Source: Pristiophorus japonicus (Eukaryota). Taken from it: 64,000 bases of DNA. Each line of letters starts with the position of its first letter. Position 1 is the stretch's first letter. The stretch is taken from positions 48,794,001 through 48,858,000 of the forward strand of contig NC_091999.1 of the NCBI RefSeq assembly GCF_044704955.1, read 5' to 3'. A program made the translations under genes and the position numbers. Below are positions 26,630 to 39,194 of the stretch, piece by piece. The notes under the pieces are model-generated. The model was not told the DNA's origin. It saw only the letters and a program-made list of their open reading frames with translations, and did not search any database.

Positions 26630-28905
26630 GACAACAACAACTTTCATTTATATAGCGCCTTGAAGAACATAAGAGTTATGAGCAGGAGTAGGCCATAGGG
26701 CCCCTCGAGCCTGCTCCACCATTCAATAACATCATGACTGATCATCAACCTCAACTCCACTTTCCCGCCCGATCTCCATATCCCTCGATTCCCCAAACAC
26801 CAAAAATGTATCTATCTCAGCCTTGAAATAAACGTGTAAAATGGCCCCTGGTGCTTCACAGGAACATTATCAGATCGAATTTGACACCGAGGGTCAAAGA
26901 GGCACATTTTAAAGAGGGTTAAAAAGGAAAAGAGTGGCTCAAGTAAATGTTGGTCCCCTGGATGATGAGACTGGGGAATTAATAATGGAGAACAGGGAAA
27001 TGGCAGAGACGTTGAACAAATATTTTGTATCGGTCTTCACGGTGGAAGAAACTAAAAGCATCCCAATAGTGGATAATCAAGGGGCGATAGGTAGGGAGGA
27101 ACTTAATACAATCACTATCACTAATGAAGTGGTACTAGGTAAAATAATGGGACTAAAGGCGGACAAGTCCCCTGGACCTGATGCCTTACATCCTAGGGTC
27201 TTAAGAGAAATGGCTGCAGAGAGAGTGGATGCATTGGTTGTAATCTCCCAAAATTCCCTGGATTCTGGTGCGGTCCCAGCAGATTGGAAAGCCGCAAATG
27301 TAACGCCCCTATTTAAAAAAGGAGGCAGACAAAAAGCAGGAAATTATAGTCCAGTTACCCTAACATCTGTCGTTGGGAAAATGTTGGAGTCCATTATTAA
27401 GGAAGCAGTAATGGGACATTTGGAAAAGCATGATTCAATCAAGCAGAGTCAGCATGGTTTTATGAAAGGGAAATCAGGTTTGACAAATTCACTGGGGTAC
27501 TTTGAGGATGTAATGAGCAGAGTGGAAAAGGGGGAACCAGTGGATGTGGTGTATTTGGATTTCCAGAAGGCATTCGATAAGGTGCCACAGAAGAGGTTAC
27601 TGCACAAGATAAAAGTTCACTGGGTTGGGGGTAATATATTAGCATGGATAGAGGATTGACTAACTTACAGAAAACACAGTCGGGATAAATGGGTCATTTT
27701 CCAGTTGGCAAACAAGTGACTAGTGGGGTGCCGCAGGAATCGGTGCTGGGTCCTCAACTATTTACAATTTATATTAATGACTTGGATGAAGGGACAGAGT
27801 GTAATGTAGCCAAGTTTGTTGATGATACAAAGATGGGTGGGAAAGCAAATTGTGCGGAGGACACAAAAAATCTGCAAAGGCTCAGTGAGTGGGCAAATAT
27901 TTGCCAGATGAAGTATAATGTGGGAAACTGTGAGATTATCCACTTTGGCAGAAATAATAGAAAAGCAAATTATAATTCAAATGGAGAAAATTGCTAAGTG
28001 CTGCAGTACAGAGAGACCTGGGGGTCCTTGTGCATGAAACACAAAAAGTTAGTATGTAGGTACAGCAAGTCATCAGGAAGGCCAATGGAATGCTGGCCTT
28101 TATTGCAAGGGGGATAAAGTATAAAAGCAGAGAAGTCCTGTTACAGGGTATTGGTGAGGCCACACCTTGAGTACTGCGTACAGTTTTGGTCTCCTTATTT
28201 AAGGAGGGATATACCTGCATTGGAGGCTGTCAGAGAAGGTTCACTCGGTTGATTCCGGATCTGAGGGGGTTGTCTTATGAATATCGGTTGAATAGGTTGG
28301 GCCTATACTCATTGGAGTTCAGAAGAATGAGAGGTGATCTTATTGAAACATCTAAGATAATGATGGGGTTCGATAAGGTGGATGCAGAGAGGATATTTGC
28401 ATTCATAGGGGAATCTAAAACTAAAGGACATTGGCTTAGAATAAGGGACCGCGCATTTAGAACTGAGATGAGGAGAAATTTCTTCTCTGAGGGTTGTAAA
28501 TCTGTGGAATTCTCTGCCCCAGAGAGCTGTAGAGGCTGGGTCATTTTATATATACAAGGTGGGGACAGACAGATTTTTGAACAATAAGGGAGTAAAGGGT
28601 TATGGGGAGCAGGCAGGGAAGTGGAGCTGAATCCATGATCAGATCAGCCATGATCTTATTGAATGGTGGAGCAGGCTCAAGGGGCCGAATGGTCTTCATG
28701 TAGGAAGGAGTTTTAGGGAGGGAATACTGGAGCTTAGGGCCGAGGCAGCTGAAGGTATGGCCAACAATGGTGGTGTGATTAAAACCAGGAATGTGCAGGA
28801 CGCCAGAGATCCTGGAGGGTTGTAGGGCTGGAGGAGGTTACAGAGATAGGGAGGGGCGAGGCCACGGAGGGATTTGAAAACAAGGATGAGAATTTTAAAA
28901 TTGAA
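26630..28905 (-). mobile_element. L2 LINE 3' fragment interrupted by CR1 insertions
   Basis: L2-type tail ACAACAAC...TTTATATAGCGCCTT at 26630. Coding FKILILVFKSLRGLAPPYL at 28696-28905. Confidence 0.65.
26920..28695 (+). mobile_element. CR1 LINE ORF2 RT/3' fragment
   Basis: ORF 26934-27659 KSPGPDALHPRVLRE...YLDFQKAFDKVP, then FVDDTK and a CR1 3' UTR. Confidence 0.95.
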
Positions 28906-28919
28906 CTTCGTGCCCATGC

Positions 28920-29045
28920 GTCATTTCTCCTTCCTTTACAGACGCTCCCTGACCACTCTCCATTTCTCCTTCCTTTACAGACACTCCCTGACCACTCTCC
29001 ATTTCTCCTTCCTTTACAGACACTCCCTGACCACTCTCCATTTCT
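28920..29045. repeat. 39-bp tandem repeat x3 (degenerate continuation at 29750-29845 after a CR1 fragment at 29080-29750)
   Basis: CATTTCTCCTTCCTTTACAGACACTCCCTGACCACTCTC units. Confidence 0.85.
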
Positions 29046-29919
29046 GCTACATTTTTTGAAATATTTAAAGAGTTTAATAAATCTTTGAAGGTCACAGGAC
29101 AGGTTAACAAAGCTGTTAATAAAGCGTAAAGGATCCTGGGCTTTATAAATCGAGGCACAGAGTACTAAAGCCGGGAAGTTATGCTAAAGCGATATAAAAC
29201 ACGAGCTCGACCCCAGCTGGAGGATTGGGTCCAATTCTGGGCACACTTCAGGAAGGACACAAAGGCTTTGGAGAGGAGACAGAAGAGATTTACTGGAATG
29301 GTGCCAGGGATGAGGAACTTCATTTATGTGGAGACTGGAGAAGCTGGGATTGTTCTCCTTGGAGCAGAGAAGGCTAAGACACGATTTGATAGAGGTGCTA
29401 AAAATCATGAAGATGAGATAGAATAAATAGAGAAACTGTTTCTAACACTGATAACCAGAGGGCACAGATTTGAGGCGATTGGCAAAAACAGAGGTCACAT
29501 GAGGAAAACCATTTTCCCACAAGGAGTGGTTAGGATTTGGAATGCACTGCCTGACGGAGCGGTGGAGACAGAGTCAATAGTAGCCTTCAAAAGTGAATTG
29601 GACAAACACTTGAAGCAGAATGATATTGCAGGGATTTGGGGAAAGAGCGGGGGAAGTGGGATAACCGGATTGCTGCCCGAAAGTATCGGCGCAGACTCGA
29701 TGGGCCGAATGGCCCCCTTCTGTGCTGCAATATTCTGTGATTCTAGAATTCTTTACAGACGCTCCCTGCTCAGTCACCATTGCTCCTTCATTTACAGACG
29801 CTCCCTGGTCCATTACTATTTCTCATTGATTTACAGACGCTCCCTGAGAGTTTGACGCAGACACAGCGCATGCACTGACCGCTCCTTCGGGCTGGAGCGG
29901 ACCCAGGACCCGGCAGGCA

Positions 29920-30265
29920 GGGGGAGAATGTTCCCCAGTTTATATCACCCCTCCCCCCCCCCCCGGTGTGGGGAGATTGTTCCCCGGTTTATATTCCCCA
30001 CCCCCCGGTGTGGGGACAATGTTCCCCGGTTTATATCCCCCCCCGGTGTGGGGAGATTGTTCCCCGGTTTATATTTCCCCCCCCCCCGCTGTGGGGATAA
30101 TGTTCCCCGGTTTATATCCACCCCCTCTCGGTGTGGGGAGAATGTTCCCCAGTTTATATCCCCCCCCGGTGTGGGGAGAATGTTCCCCGGTTTATATCCC
30201 CCCCCCCGGTGTGGGGAGAATGTTCCCCGGTTTATATCCCCCCCCGGTGTGGGGAGAATGTTCCC
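29920..30265. repeat. ~38-43-bp VNTR with variable C-runs, ~9 copies
   Basis: GGTGTGGGGAGAATGTTCCCCGGTTTATATCCn units. Confidence 0.9.
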
Positions 30266-32060
30266 CTCCTCTATCCTCTACCTCCCCCTCTCCTCCCGCT
30301 CCCCTTCCCCCCCCTCCTCCCGCTCCCCTTCCCACCCTCTCCTCCCACTCCCCTTCCCCCCCTCTCCTCCCACTCCCCTTCCCCCCCCTCTCCTCCCACT
30401 CCCCTTCCCCCTACGCTCCTCCCACTCCCCCATCCCCTCCCCACGCCCCCATCCCCTCCCCACGTCTCCCCTCATCCCCCTCTCCCTCCTCCTCTCCACC
30501 CTCCCTCTCCCCCTCTCCCTCCACCTCTCCACCCTCCCTCTCCCCCCTTCTCCCTCACTTCCCCCCCTTCTCCCTCTCTTCCCCCTCCCTCTCTCCTCTG
30601 CCCTCCCTCTCCTCCTCCCTTCCCTCCCCTTCCCCCTTCCCTCCCTCTCCTCTTTCCCCCTCCCTCCCTCCCCCCTCCCCTCTTCCCTCCCTCCCCTCTT
30701 CCCCCCTCCCTCCCTCCCCCTCTCTTCCTCCCTCCCCTCTTCCTCCCTCCTTCCCCCCTCCCCTCTTCCTCCCTCCCTCCTTCCCCCTCCCCTCTTCCTC
30801 CTCCCCTCTTGCCCCCCCTCCCTCCCCTCTTCCCCCCCTCCCTCCCTCTCCTCTTCCCCCCACCTCCCTCCCTCCCCTCTTCCCCCCACCTCCCTCCCTC
30901 CCCTCTTCCCCCCCCTCCCTCCCCTCTTCCCCCCCCTCCCTCCCCTCTCCCCCACTCCCCTCCCCTCTTCCCCCCCTCCCTCCGCACTTCCACCCTCCCT
31001 CCCCTCTTCCTCCCCCCTCCCTCCCCTCTTCCTCCCCCCTCCCTCCCCTCTTCCTCCCCTCTTCCCCCCCTCGCTCCCCTCTTCCTCCCCTCCCTCCCCT
31101 CTTCCCCCCCCTCCCTCCCCTCTTCCCCCGCCCCCTCCCCTCTTTCCCCCACCCTACCTCCCCTCTTCCCCCCCTCTCCAGCCCCTCTTCCCTCCCCTCT
31201 TCCCCCTCTCCCTCCACTCTCCCTCCCCTCTCCCTCCCCTCTTCCCCCCCCTCCCTCCCCTCTTCCCCCCCTCTCCCTCCCCTCTTCCCCCCCCTCCCTC
31301 CCCTCTTCCCCCCCTCCCTCCCCTCCCCTCTTCCCCCCCTCACTCCCCTCCCCTCTTCCCCCTCTCCCTCCCCTCCCCTCTTCCCCCCCGTCCCTCCCCC
31401 CCCTCTCCCCTCCCCTCCCCTCTTTCCCCCCCTCCCTCCCCTCCCCTCTTCCCTCCCCTCCCCTCTTCCCCCCCTCCCTCCCCTCCCCTCTTCCCCCCCT
31501 CCCTCCCCTCCCCTCTTCCCCCCCTCCCTCCCCTCCCCTCTTCCCCCCCACACCCTCCCCTCCCCTCTTCCCCCCCACCCTCCCCTCCCCTCTTCCCCCC
31601 CCACTTCCCCCCCCTCTTCCCCCCCTCCCTCCCCTCCCCTCTTCCCCCCCTCCCTCCCCTCCCCCTCCATCCCCTCCCCTATCCCCCTCCCCTCTTCCCC
31701 CCTCCCTCCCCTCTTCCCCCCCTCCCCCTCCCACCCTCCCCTCCCCTCTTCCCCCTCCCTCCCTCCCCTCCCCTCCCCCCTCCCTCCCCTCTTCCCCCCC
31801 TCGCTCCCCTCCCCCCTTCCCCCCTCCTCTCCCCCCTCCTCCNNNNNNNNNNNNNNNNNNNNNNNNNNNNNNNNNNNNNNNNNNNNNNNNNNNNNNNNNN
31901 NNNNNNNNNNNNNNNNNNNNNNNNNNNNNNNNNNNNNNNNNNNNNNNNNNNNNNNNNNNNNNNNNNNNNNNNNNNNNNNNNNNNNNNNNNNNNNNCCCTC
32001 CCCTCTTCCCCCCCCTCCTCTCCTCCCCCTCCCTCCCCTCCCCTCTTCTCTTCCCTCCCC
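30265..32060. repeat. Polypyrimidine (C/T) low-complexity tract with an assembly gap (N 31843-31995)
   Basis: Almost exclusively C/T, built from CCCTCCCCTCTTCCCCC-like words. Confidence 0.97.
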
Positions 32061-32134
32061 GTTTATATCCGGGCCCGGGGGCTGCACTCGGTGTTGTTGC
32101 CCCCAGCGTTTCTTCAACTCACTCCCTGAATCTC

Positions 32135-32300
32135 GCTCACCTCCTGCGTCAGCGTTTGCCACCACCGCCTGCACATGCTCAGCTCACACTGCCCGGGTGA
32201 TTGACCCCACCAATAGGAAGAGTGGGGCGGGGCTGGAGGACCAAATGGGCGGTTGGTCCTCCAACCAATTGGAGTGTGTGAGGGGTGGGGCTTCCGGCAG
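32135..32300 (-). promoter_or_regulatory. Promoter module with putative non-coding exon 1, likely serving ZNF-B
   Basis: GC box 32224-32232, CCAAT at 32210 and ~32266, GAGCATGTGC NRF1-like site, donor GAG|GTGAGC at 32141/32140. Homologous to 38410-38500. Confidence 0.55.
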
Positions 32301-32301
32301 G

Positions 32302-33250
32302 CTGTAACTCGTGGGGTGCAGCAAGGATCAGTGCTGGGGCCTCAGCTATTTACAATCTATATTAATGACCTAGATAAAGGGAATGAGTGTAATATTTGCT
32401 GACGATACAAAGCTCGGTGAGACAGTCAGCGGTGAGCAGAACACAAGAGTGCAAAGATATATAGATAGACGATGTGAATGGGCAGTAAGGTGGCAGATTG
32501 AGTATAATGTCGGGAAATGTGAGGTTATTCACTTTGGTCGGAAGAATAGAAAAACAGAATATCTTTTAAATGGTGAGAAACTTTAAATGTTGGTGTTGAG
32601 AGAGATTTGGGTGTCCTTGTGCAAGAAACACAGAAAGCGAGCATGCAGGTACAGCAAGCAGTAAGGGGGTGGAGTATAAGAGTAAGGATCTATTGCTACA
32701 ATTGTACAGGGCCTTGGTGAGACCACACCTGGAGTACTGGGCAGTTTCGGTCTCCTTATCCAAGGAAAGATACACTTGCTTTGGAGATGGTGCAACGGAG
32801 GTTCACAAGATTGATTCCTGGGATGAGAGAGCTGTCTTACAATGAGAGATTGTGTAGAATGGACCTATACTCTCTGGAGTTTAGAAGAATGAGAGGGGAT
32901 CTCATTGAAACATACAAGATTCTGAAGGGTATTGACACGGTAGATGCTGAGTGCTCGACTATCCCAGGCTGGAGTGACTAGAACTCGGGGGCTCAAGATA
33001 AGGGGGAGGCCATTTAAGACAGAGATGAGAAATTTCTTCACTCAGAGGCTTGTGAATCTTTGGAATTCTCTGCCCCAGAGGGCTGTGGATGCTCAGTCTA
33101 TTCAACGCTGAGATAGATAGATTTTTGGACTCTCGGGGAATCAAGGGATATGGAGATCAGGTGGGAAAGTGTAGTTGAGGGCGATGATCTTATTGAATGG
33201 CGGAGCAGGCTCGAGGGGCCGTATGACCTGCTCCTATCTCTGATATTCTA
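32302..33250 (+). mobile_element. CR1 LINE 3' fragment
   Basis: FADDTKLG, KCEVIHFG and LYSLEFRRMRGDLIETYK motifs. Confidence 0.9.
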
Positions 33251-33289
33251 ATATTGACATGTAAGGCGCTCTAGATTTAATAGTCCCAC

Positions 33290-34950
33290 CCTTTATCTTA
33301 AGGGAACATACTTGCTCTGAACCCTCACTATCACCTCCTTGAATGCCTCCCACTGCTCTGACATTAATTTACCTTCAAGTAGCTGTTTCCAGTCCACTTT
33401 GGTTCAATCACATCTCTGCTTAGTAAAATTAGCTTTACCCCAATTGAGAACTTTTATTCCTGGTCTATCTTTGTCCTTTTCCATAACTACCCTAAATCAA
33501 ACTGAATTATGATCACCAGCACCATAATGCTCTCCCACTGATACCCCTTCCACCTGCCCAAGCTTCATTCATTAAACCTAAGTCCAGAACCAACCCCTCT
33601 CTTGTTGGGCTTGCTACGTAATGGCTAAAAAGGTTCTCCTGAATGCATTTTAAGAATTCTGCTCCTTCTATATCTTTCATACTAATTCTATCCCAGTTAA
33701 TATTTGGGTAGTAGAAATCCCCGACTATTACTGCCCTATTATTTTTGCACGTATCAGAAATGTGCCGACATATTTGCTCTTCTGTCTCCCTCTGACTGTT
33801 TGGGGGTCAAGAGTACATCCCCAGCAGTGTGATCGCCCCTTTTTTGTTCTTCACTTCTCCCATGTGGCCTCATTTGACGATCCTTCGAACATATCATCCC
33901 TCTCCACAGCTGGAATTGTTTCTTTAATCAACACTGCGACGCGCCCGCCTTTTTTTTATCCCTGTCTCTATCTCGTCTTAAAACCCTGTAACCAGGAATG
34001 TTGAGCTGCCATTCCTGCAGTTATTTTAGCCGTGTTTCACTAATAGTTACAATATCATACCCCCACATGTCTGTCTGTGCCCTCAGCTTATCTGCCTTAA
34101 TCCCTAAACTCCTTGCATTGGCATTGAAGTATTTCTAGATTGATTCCTGTGATGAGAGGACTGTCTTATGATGAGAGTTTGTGTAGAATGGGCCTATACT
34201 CTCTGGAGTTTAGACGACTGAAAAGTGATCTCATTGAAACACACTGGCACTGGCATTTAGTGCTGCCAAACCCCCTTATTGTCTATTTTCTAGCCTTTGT
34301 TTCCTCTGCCTTCCAAACACTATCAAAACCCCCAGTGAGGGTCCTGTTGAGGTGCAACCTGTCCGGCTTGTACTGGTCCCACCTCCCCCAGAAACGCTCC
34401 CAATGCCTCAGGAATCTAAAGCCCTCCCTCCTGCTCCAAACTGCAGCCATGCATTCATCTGCTCTATCCTCTTATTTCTGTACTCACCAGCACGGGGCAC
34501 CGGGAGTAATCCGGACATTACTACCTTTGAGGTCCGGTTTATTAATCTCTTTCCTAGCTCCCTAAAATCTGCCTGCAGGATCTCATTCCGCTTTCTACCT
34601 GTGTCATTGGTCCCGATATGGACCACAACCTCTGGATGTTCATCCTCCCCCCTCAACAATGTCCTGCAGCCGCTCAGTGACATCCTTGACCCTGGCACCA
34701 GGGAGGCAACATACCATCCTGGCATCATGTCTGTGCCTGCAGAAGCGCTTGTTTGCTCCCCTAACTATCAAATCCACCACCACTATTGCTCTTCCACTCT
34801 TCTTCCTCCCCGCCCTGTGCAGCTGAGCCACCCACGGTGTCGTGGACATGGCTCTGGCTGCACTCCCCAGAGAAACCATCGCCCTCATCAGTATCTAGAA
34901 CTGAAAACCGGTTAGCGAGCGAGATGCACTCAGGGGACTCCTGTCCTACT
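33290..34950 (-). mobile_element. CR1 5' fragments: ORF2 endonuclease (33290-34120) and ORF1 SGNH/esterase (34325-34950)
   Basis: ORF1 motifs VCCLPGARVKDV and VVVHIGTND...SGLLPVP. The endonuclease region has decayed VGDF.YP.I.W and SDHN motifs. Confidence 0.8.
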
Positions 34951-35814
34951 CTTGCCCCATAACGCTGAAAGTTTTTTAAACTCATGTTTATCTCTTTCGA
35001 AAGTTACAAGTGAATCTGCTTCCACCACCTGAACAGGCAGTGCGTTCCAGGCCAGAACATCTCGCTGCTTCATTAGTCCCCTCATGTAGCATCTGGTTCA
35101 TTTGCCAATCACATTCAATCTGTGCCTCTGGTTGCTGAACTTTCTGACACTGAAAATTGTTTCTCCTTATTAAGAGGGTTGGCGGGCTGGAGGAGATTAC
35201 AGAGATAGGGAGGGGCGAGGCCTTGGAGGGATTTGAACAAGAGGATGAGAATTTTAAAGCCTGAAGCCACCAGCCGTCTCCCCCAGTGCAGAATGTGACT
35301 CACTGCTAACAGAAAGGATTTTTGTTCACTTACAAAAGATGCATAATGAAGGGAAATCAATCTCTGTCCCTTTAACTAACAGCGACATGAGGGAAATGAA
35401 TGACCTTTAAACACCTGGTCCACTAGGCACCGAAGTGTCTGAAACTCATCATAGGAACTCCAGGGAAATAAAATACTGACAAATGTTAAACTGTTTTGCT
35501 GACAAAAGAAATCTCGATTTAACTTTAAAAGATAAATTGTTTAACAGGGGTTCACACAGACTCACCTGACAGGCCGACTCAGGATCCACCCCTCAAGCAC
35601 CGCGATTGGTTACAGAACACGCTGCTCCCTGGGCCCTCCGGCCTCTGACCTCTCTTCCTGTTGGTTCCCGGGGCAATCAATCACCACTCGCCAACATTAC
35701 GCTGCCACATTAAGTTGAGAGGCTCAGAGGAAGAAATAAAATGGGGTCGTGAATCTGAGTTCAGAAATAAAATTAAAGAAGCAGAATTAATTTCATAAAC
35801 AAAACTATTTAAAG

Positions 35815-36640
35815 TAAAATCAAATTAATTGTTGCATTTAATACATCCTTCTGGGACAAATGGGAAACAAGTGATGTGTGGGCTGTGCAGAGTGTCTGTG
35901 CCCGGTAACACAGCGTGTCCCTGGCTCCCCGCTCCAAGTGCACATGTTTCAGCTCACATCCAACTGACTGGATAAACCTCGCCCGTCTAAACCCCATCAC
36001 ACAAATAGCAGCATTTGATGTTTAGTTCTGCTCAACCTTTATAAACACTGGTTAGGCCTCAGCTGACACATTGTGCTCAATTCTGGGCACCACACTTTCA
36101 GAAGGGTATCTACACCTTAGAGAGGGACCAGAAGAGATTTACTAGAATGGTACGAAGGAGGAGGGACTTCAGTTATGTGGAGATACTGGAGAAGCTACGG
36201 TAATTCTCATTGGAACAGAAAAGGTTAAGAGGAGATTTGATCGAGTGTTCAAAATCATGAACGGTTTTAATAGACTAAATAAGGAGAAACACTTTCCAGT
36301 GGTAGAAGGGTCGGTAACCAAAGGACACAGAGTTCAGGTGATTGGCAAAAGAAGCAGAGGCGACATGAGGAACCATTGTATAAGCAGCGAGTTGTTGCAA
36401 TCTGGAATGCACTGCCTGATAGGGTGGTGGAAGCAGATTCAATAGTGGCTTTCATAATTGAATTGGATAAATACTAAAGGGACAATATTTGCAGAGCTAT
36501 GGGGAAAGAGCAGGGGAGTGGAACTAACTGGATAGCTCGACCATAGAGCCAGCACAGGCGATGGGCCGAATGGCCTCCTGCGCTTTCATTCTATGAAAAT
36601 GGTGGATGATCTTATCCAGAATGCTGCGACCACATATCCC
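35815..36640. repeat. Older duplication paralogous to 10640-11460
   Basis: Shared CAAATGGGAAACA.GTGATGTGTGGGCTGTGCAG flank, the same CR1 fragment and the same GGTGGATGATCTTA junction. Confidence 0.75.
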
Positions 36641-36644
36641 CAGA

Positions 36645-37120
36645 AAACCAAGACCACCTATTTCCACCTCCGTAACATCGGCCGTCTCCACCCGTCCCTC
36701 AGCTCACCCTCTGCTGAAACCCTCATCCATTCCTTGGTTACCTCTAGACTTGTCTATTCCAACACACTCCTGGTTGGCCTCCCACATTCTACCCCACGTA
36801 ATCTTTACCTCATCTAAAACTCGGCTCCCCGTTTCCTAACTCGCATCAAGTCTCGTTCATCCATCACCCCTTGTGCTCACTGACCGACATTGGCTCCCGG
36901 TTAAGCAAAGCTTCAATTTCAAAATTCTCATCCTTGTTTACAAATCCCTGCATGGCCTCACCCCTCCCTATCTCTGTAATCTCCTGCAGCCCCACAACCC
37001 CCAGAGATGTCTCCTCTAATTCTGCCCTCCTGAGCATCCCTGATTATAATCGCTCAACTATTGGTGGCCGTGCCTTCTGTTGCTGAGGCCCCAAGCTCTG
37101 GAACTCCCTCCCTAAACTGT
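36645..37120 (+). mobile_element. L2 LINE ORF2 C-terminal fragment
   Basis: [15 protein letters not shown]...[21 protein letters not shown] and GGRAF motifs. Confidence 0.85.
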
Positions 37121-37131
37121 CTGTGCCTCAT

Positions 37132-37638
37132 CCCTGAAAGTACTGACTCTGGCTGGGTTCAGTTCTACACTCACTGGTTCCCCTCCCCTGAAGGTCCTGA
37201 CTCTGGCTGGGTTCAGTTCTACACTCACTGGTTCGCCTCCCCTGAAGGACCTGACTCTGGCTGGGTTCAGTTCTACACTCACTGGTTCCCCTCCCCTGAA
37301 GGTGCTGACTCTGGCTGGGTTCAGTTCTACACTCACTGGTACCCCTCCCCTGAAGGTACTGACTCTGGCTGAGTTCAGTTCTACACTCATTGGTTCCCCT
37401 CCCCTGAAGGTACTGACTCTGGCTGGGTTCAGTTCTACACTCACTGGTTCCCCTCCCCTGAAGTTGCTGACTCTGGCTGGGTTCAGTTCTACACTCACTG
37501 GGTCCCCTCACCTGAAGGTACTGACTCTGGCTGGGTTCAGTTCTACACTCGCTGGTTTTCCTCCCCTGAAGGTACTGACTCTGGCTGGGTTCAGTTCTAC
37601 ACTCACTGGTTCCCCTCCCCTGAAGGTGCTGACTCTGG
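37132..37638. repeat. 54-bp minisatellite, ~9.5 copies
   Basis: CTGACTCTGGCTGGGTTCAGTTCTACACTCACTGGTTCCCCTCCCCTGAAGGTA at 37143, 37197, 37251... Confidence 0.95.
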
Positions 37639-38099
37639 GTGTCTGTGCTCCCGTCACCTCTTTATACACGTGACACTCCCGATATATCTGTGAAATCTCC
37701 CAGTTTTGGTGATGGGCTCTCCCTGACCACTCTGTCCCTGACTCTCACCATTTCAGGGAATCATACGGCACAGAATGAGGCCATTCGGCCCATCGAGCCT
37801 GTCCGACCCACTGAAAGACCTACTCCCTGCACCTGCCCCAAAACACCAGAAAATGTTCCCTTTGACCATTGCTGGATTTGAAAGTTATTATTGATGTCCC
37901 AGAATTGAGGCCAACCCTCAATATCTGAGTCTAACTAGTGAGTGATAAAGGTTGACCAGAACTTGCTTGTTGTTCTCTATACTGCTATTAATGCTGGAAC
38001 AGATTGATCAGCGGACCCTGCCCCTCACAGCTTTGTGTTCACCTGCAAATTGCACCATTTGCTTTAGAATGTCTCCCATTTTTCCTCCTTCCCAAATCC

Positions 38100-38700
38100 C
38101 AGCTGGCGGCCGGTGACCCCGCTGACCCCGGGCCTGTCACCGCGGGTCAAGCCCGGGGTCAGCATCCGGGCTGTGATTGGCCCTGGGCCCTACACCACGT
38201 GTTTATGACGCTCACCAGCCCCACGCGCGGCTCCAATTCCTGCCCCGCGCCGACAACCGACATCATCCGGGCTCCACCAACTGTCGCCGACGCCGCCCAC
38301 ACATGCTCAGTGCAGGAGATCCGGGCTCAGCCCCGCCCCTCGCACACGCCGATTGGTTGGAGAGCTCATCTCCAGCCCGATCTTTCTGCTCCGCCCACTG
38401 TGGGGCCGCAAGCCCCGCCTCTCGCACACTCTGATTGGTTGGATGACCCACCGCCCGCTCGTCAATCGCCCAGGCAGTGTGAGCTGAGCATGCGCGGTGG
38501 GGCGGCTGTGTCTGAGGCAGTGGCTGAGAGATGGGCGGACGAAGGGAGCGGGTTAATAAACCCCGGGGGGGCCGCGGGCTTCACACGCACTGAGTGCGGG
38601 CCCAGGCCCCGCTCGCCCGAGAGACAACACTCCGCATTATCCGCTTCACACACACCCGCTGTGGGCCTCAGGCCCCGAACAACCACCTGCGGCTCCGGCC
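38100..38700. promoter_or_regulatory. CpG island, probable bidirectional promoter
   Basis: Two GC-box + GATTGGTTGG (CCAAT) modules (38330-38360, 38412-38442), flanked by oppositely oriented CATGCTCAG (38303) and CTGAGCATGCGC (38484). Confidence 0.6.
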
Positions 38701-38709
38701 TTTCCCCGA

Positions 38710-39150
38710 GCGGGGCCCCCGGGGAGGTGGGCTCTGGGCCCGTGCGGTGCTCCCGGGGAGGTGGGCTCTGGGCCCGTGCGGGGCCCCCGGGGAGGTGGGC
38801 TCTGGGCCCGTGCGGGGCCCCCGGGGTGGTGGGCACTGGGCTCGGGGCCCCCGGGGAGCTAGGCTCTGGGCTCCGTGCCCCCGGGGAGGTGGGCTCTGGG
38901 CCCGTGTGGGGCCCCCGGGGAGGTGGGCTCTGGGCCCGTGCGGGGCCCCCGGGGAGGTGGGCTCTGGGCCTGTGCGGGGCCTCCGGGGAGGTGGGCTCTG
39001 GGCTCTGGGCCCCCGGGGAGGTGGGCTCTGGGCCCGTGCGGGGCCCCAGGGGAGGTGGGCTCTGGGCTCGGGGCACCCGGGGAGGTGGGCTCTGGGTCCG
39101 TGCGGGGCCCCCAGGGAGGTGGGTTCTGGGCTCTGGGCCCGTGCGTGGCT
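38710..39150. repeat. GC-rich VNTR with mixed 34-bp and ~28-bp units
   Basis: CCCGGGGAGGTGGGCTCTGGGCCCGTGCGGGGCC units. Confidence 0.93.
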
Positions 39151-39194
39151 GTCCGGTGTTGTAATTTCCTCGACCCCGAGTTGGACTCAGACAA

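Noticed and set aside
29928-32307. Long Pro/Ser/Leu-rich and Gly/Arg/Glu-rich ORFs (up to 779 aa)
   Set aside because: Open in all frames because the C/T tract contains no stop codons, and they span an N gap. Not genes.
37132-37638. CRISPR-like regular repeats (also 50050-50490)
   Set aside because: Head-to-tail tandem units without unique spacers, no cas genes, and a vertebrate context.
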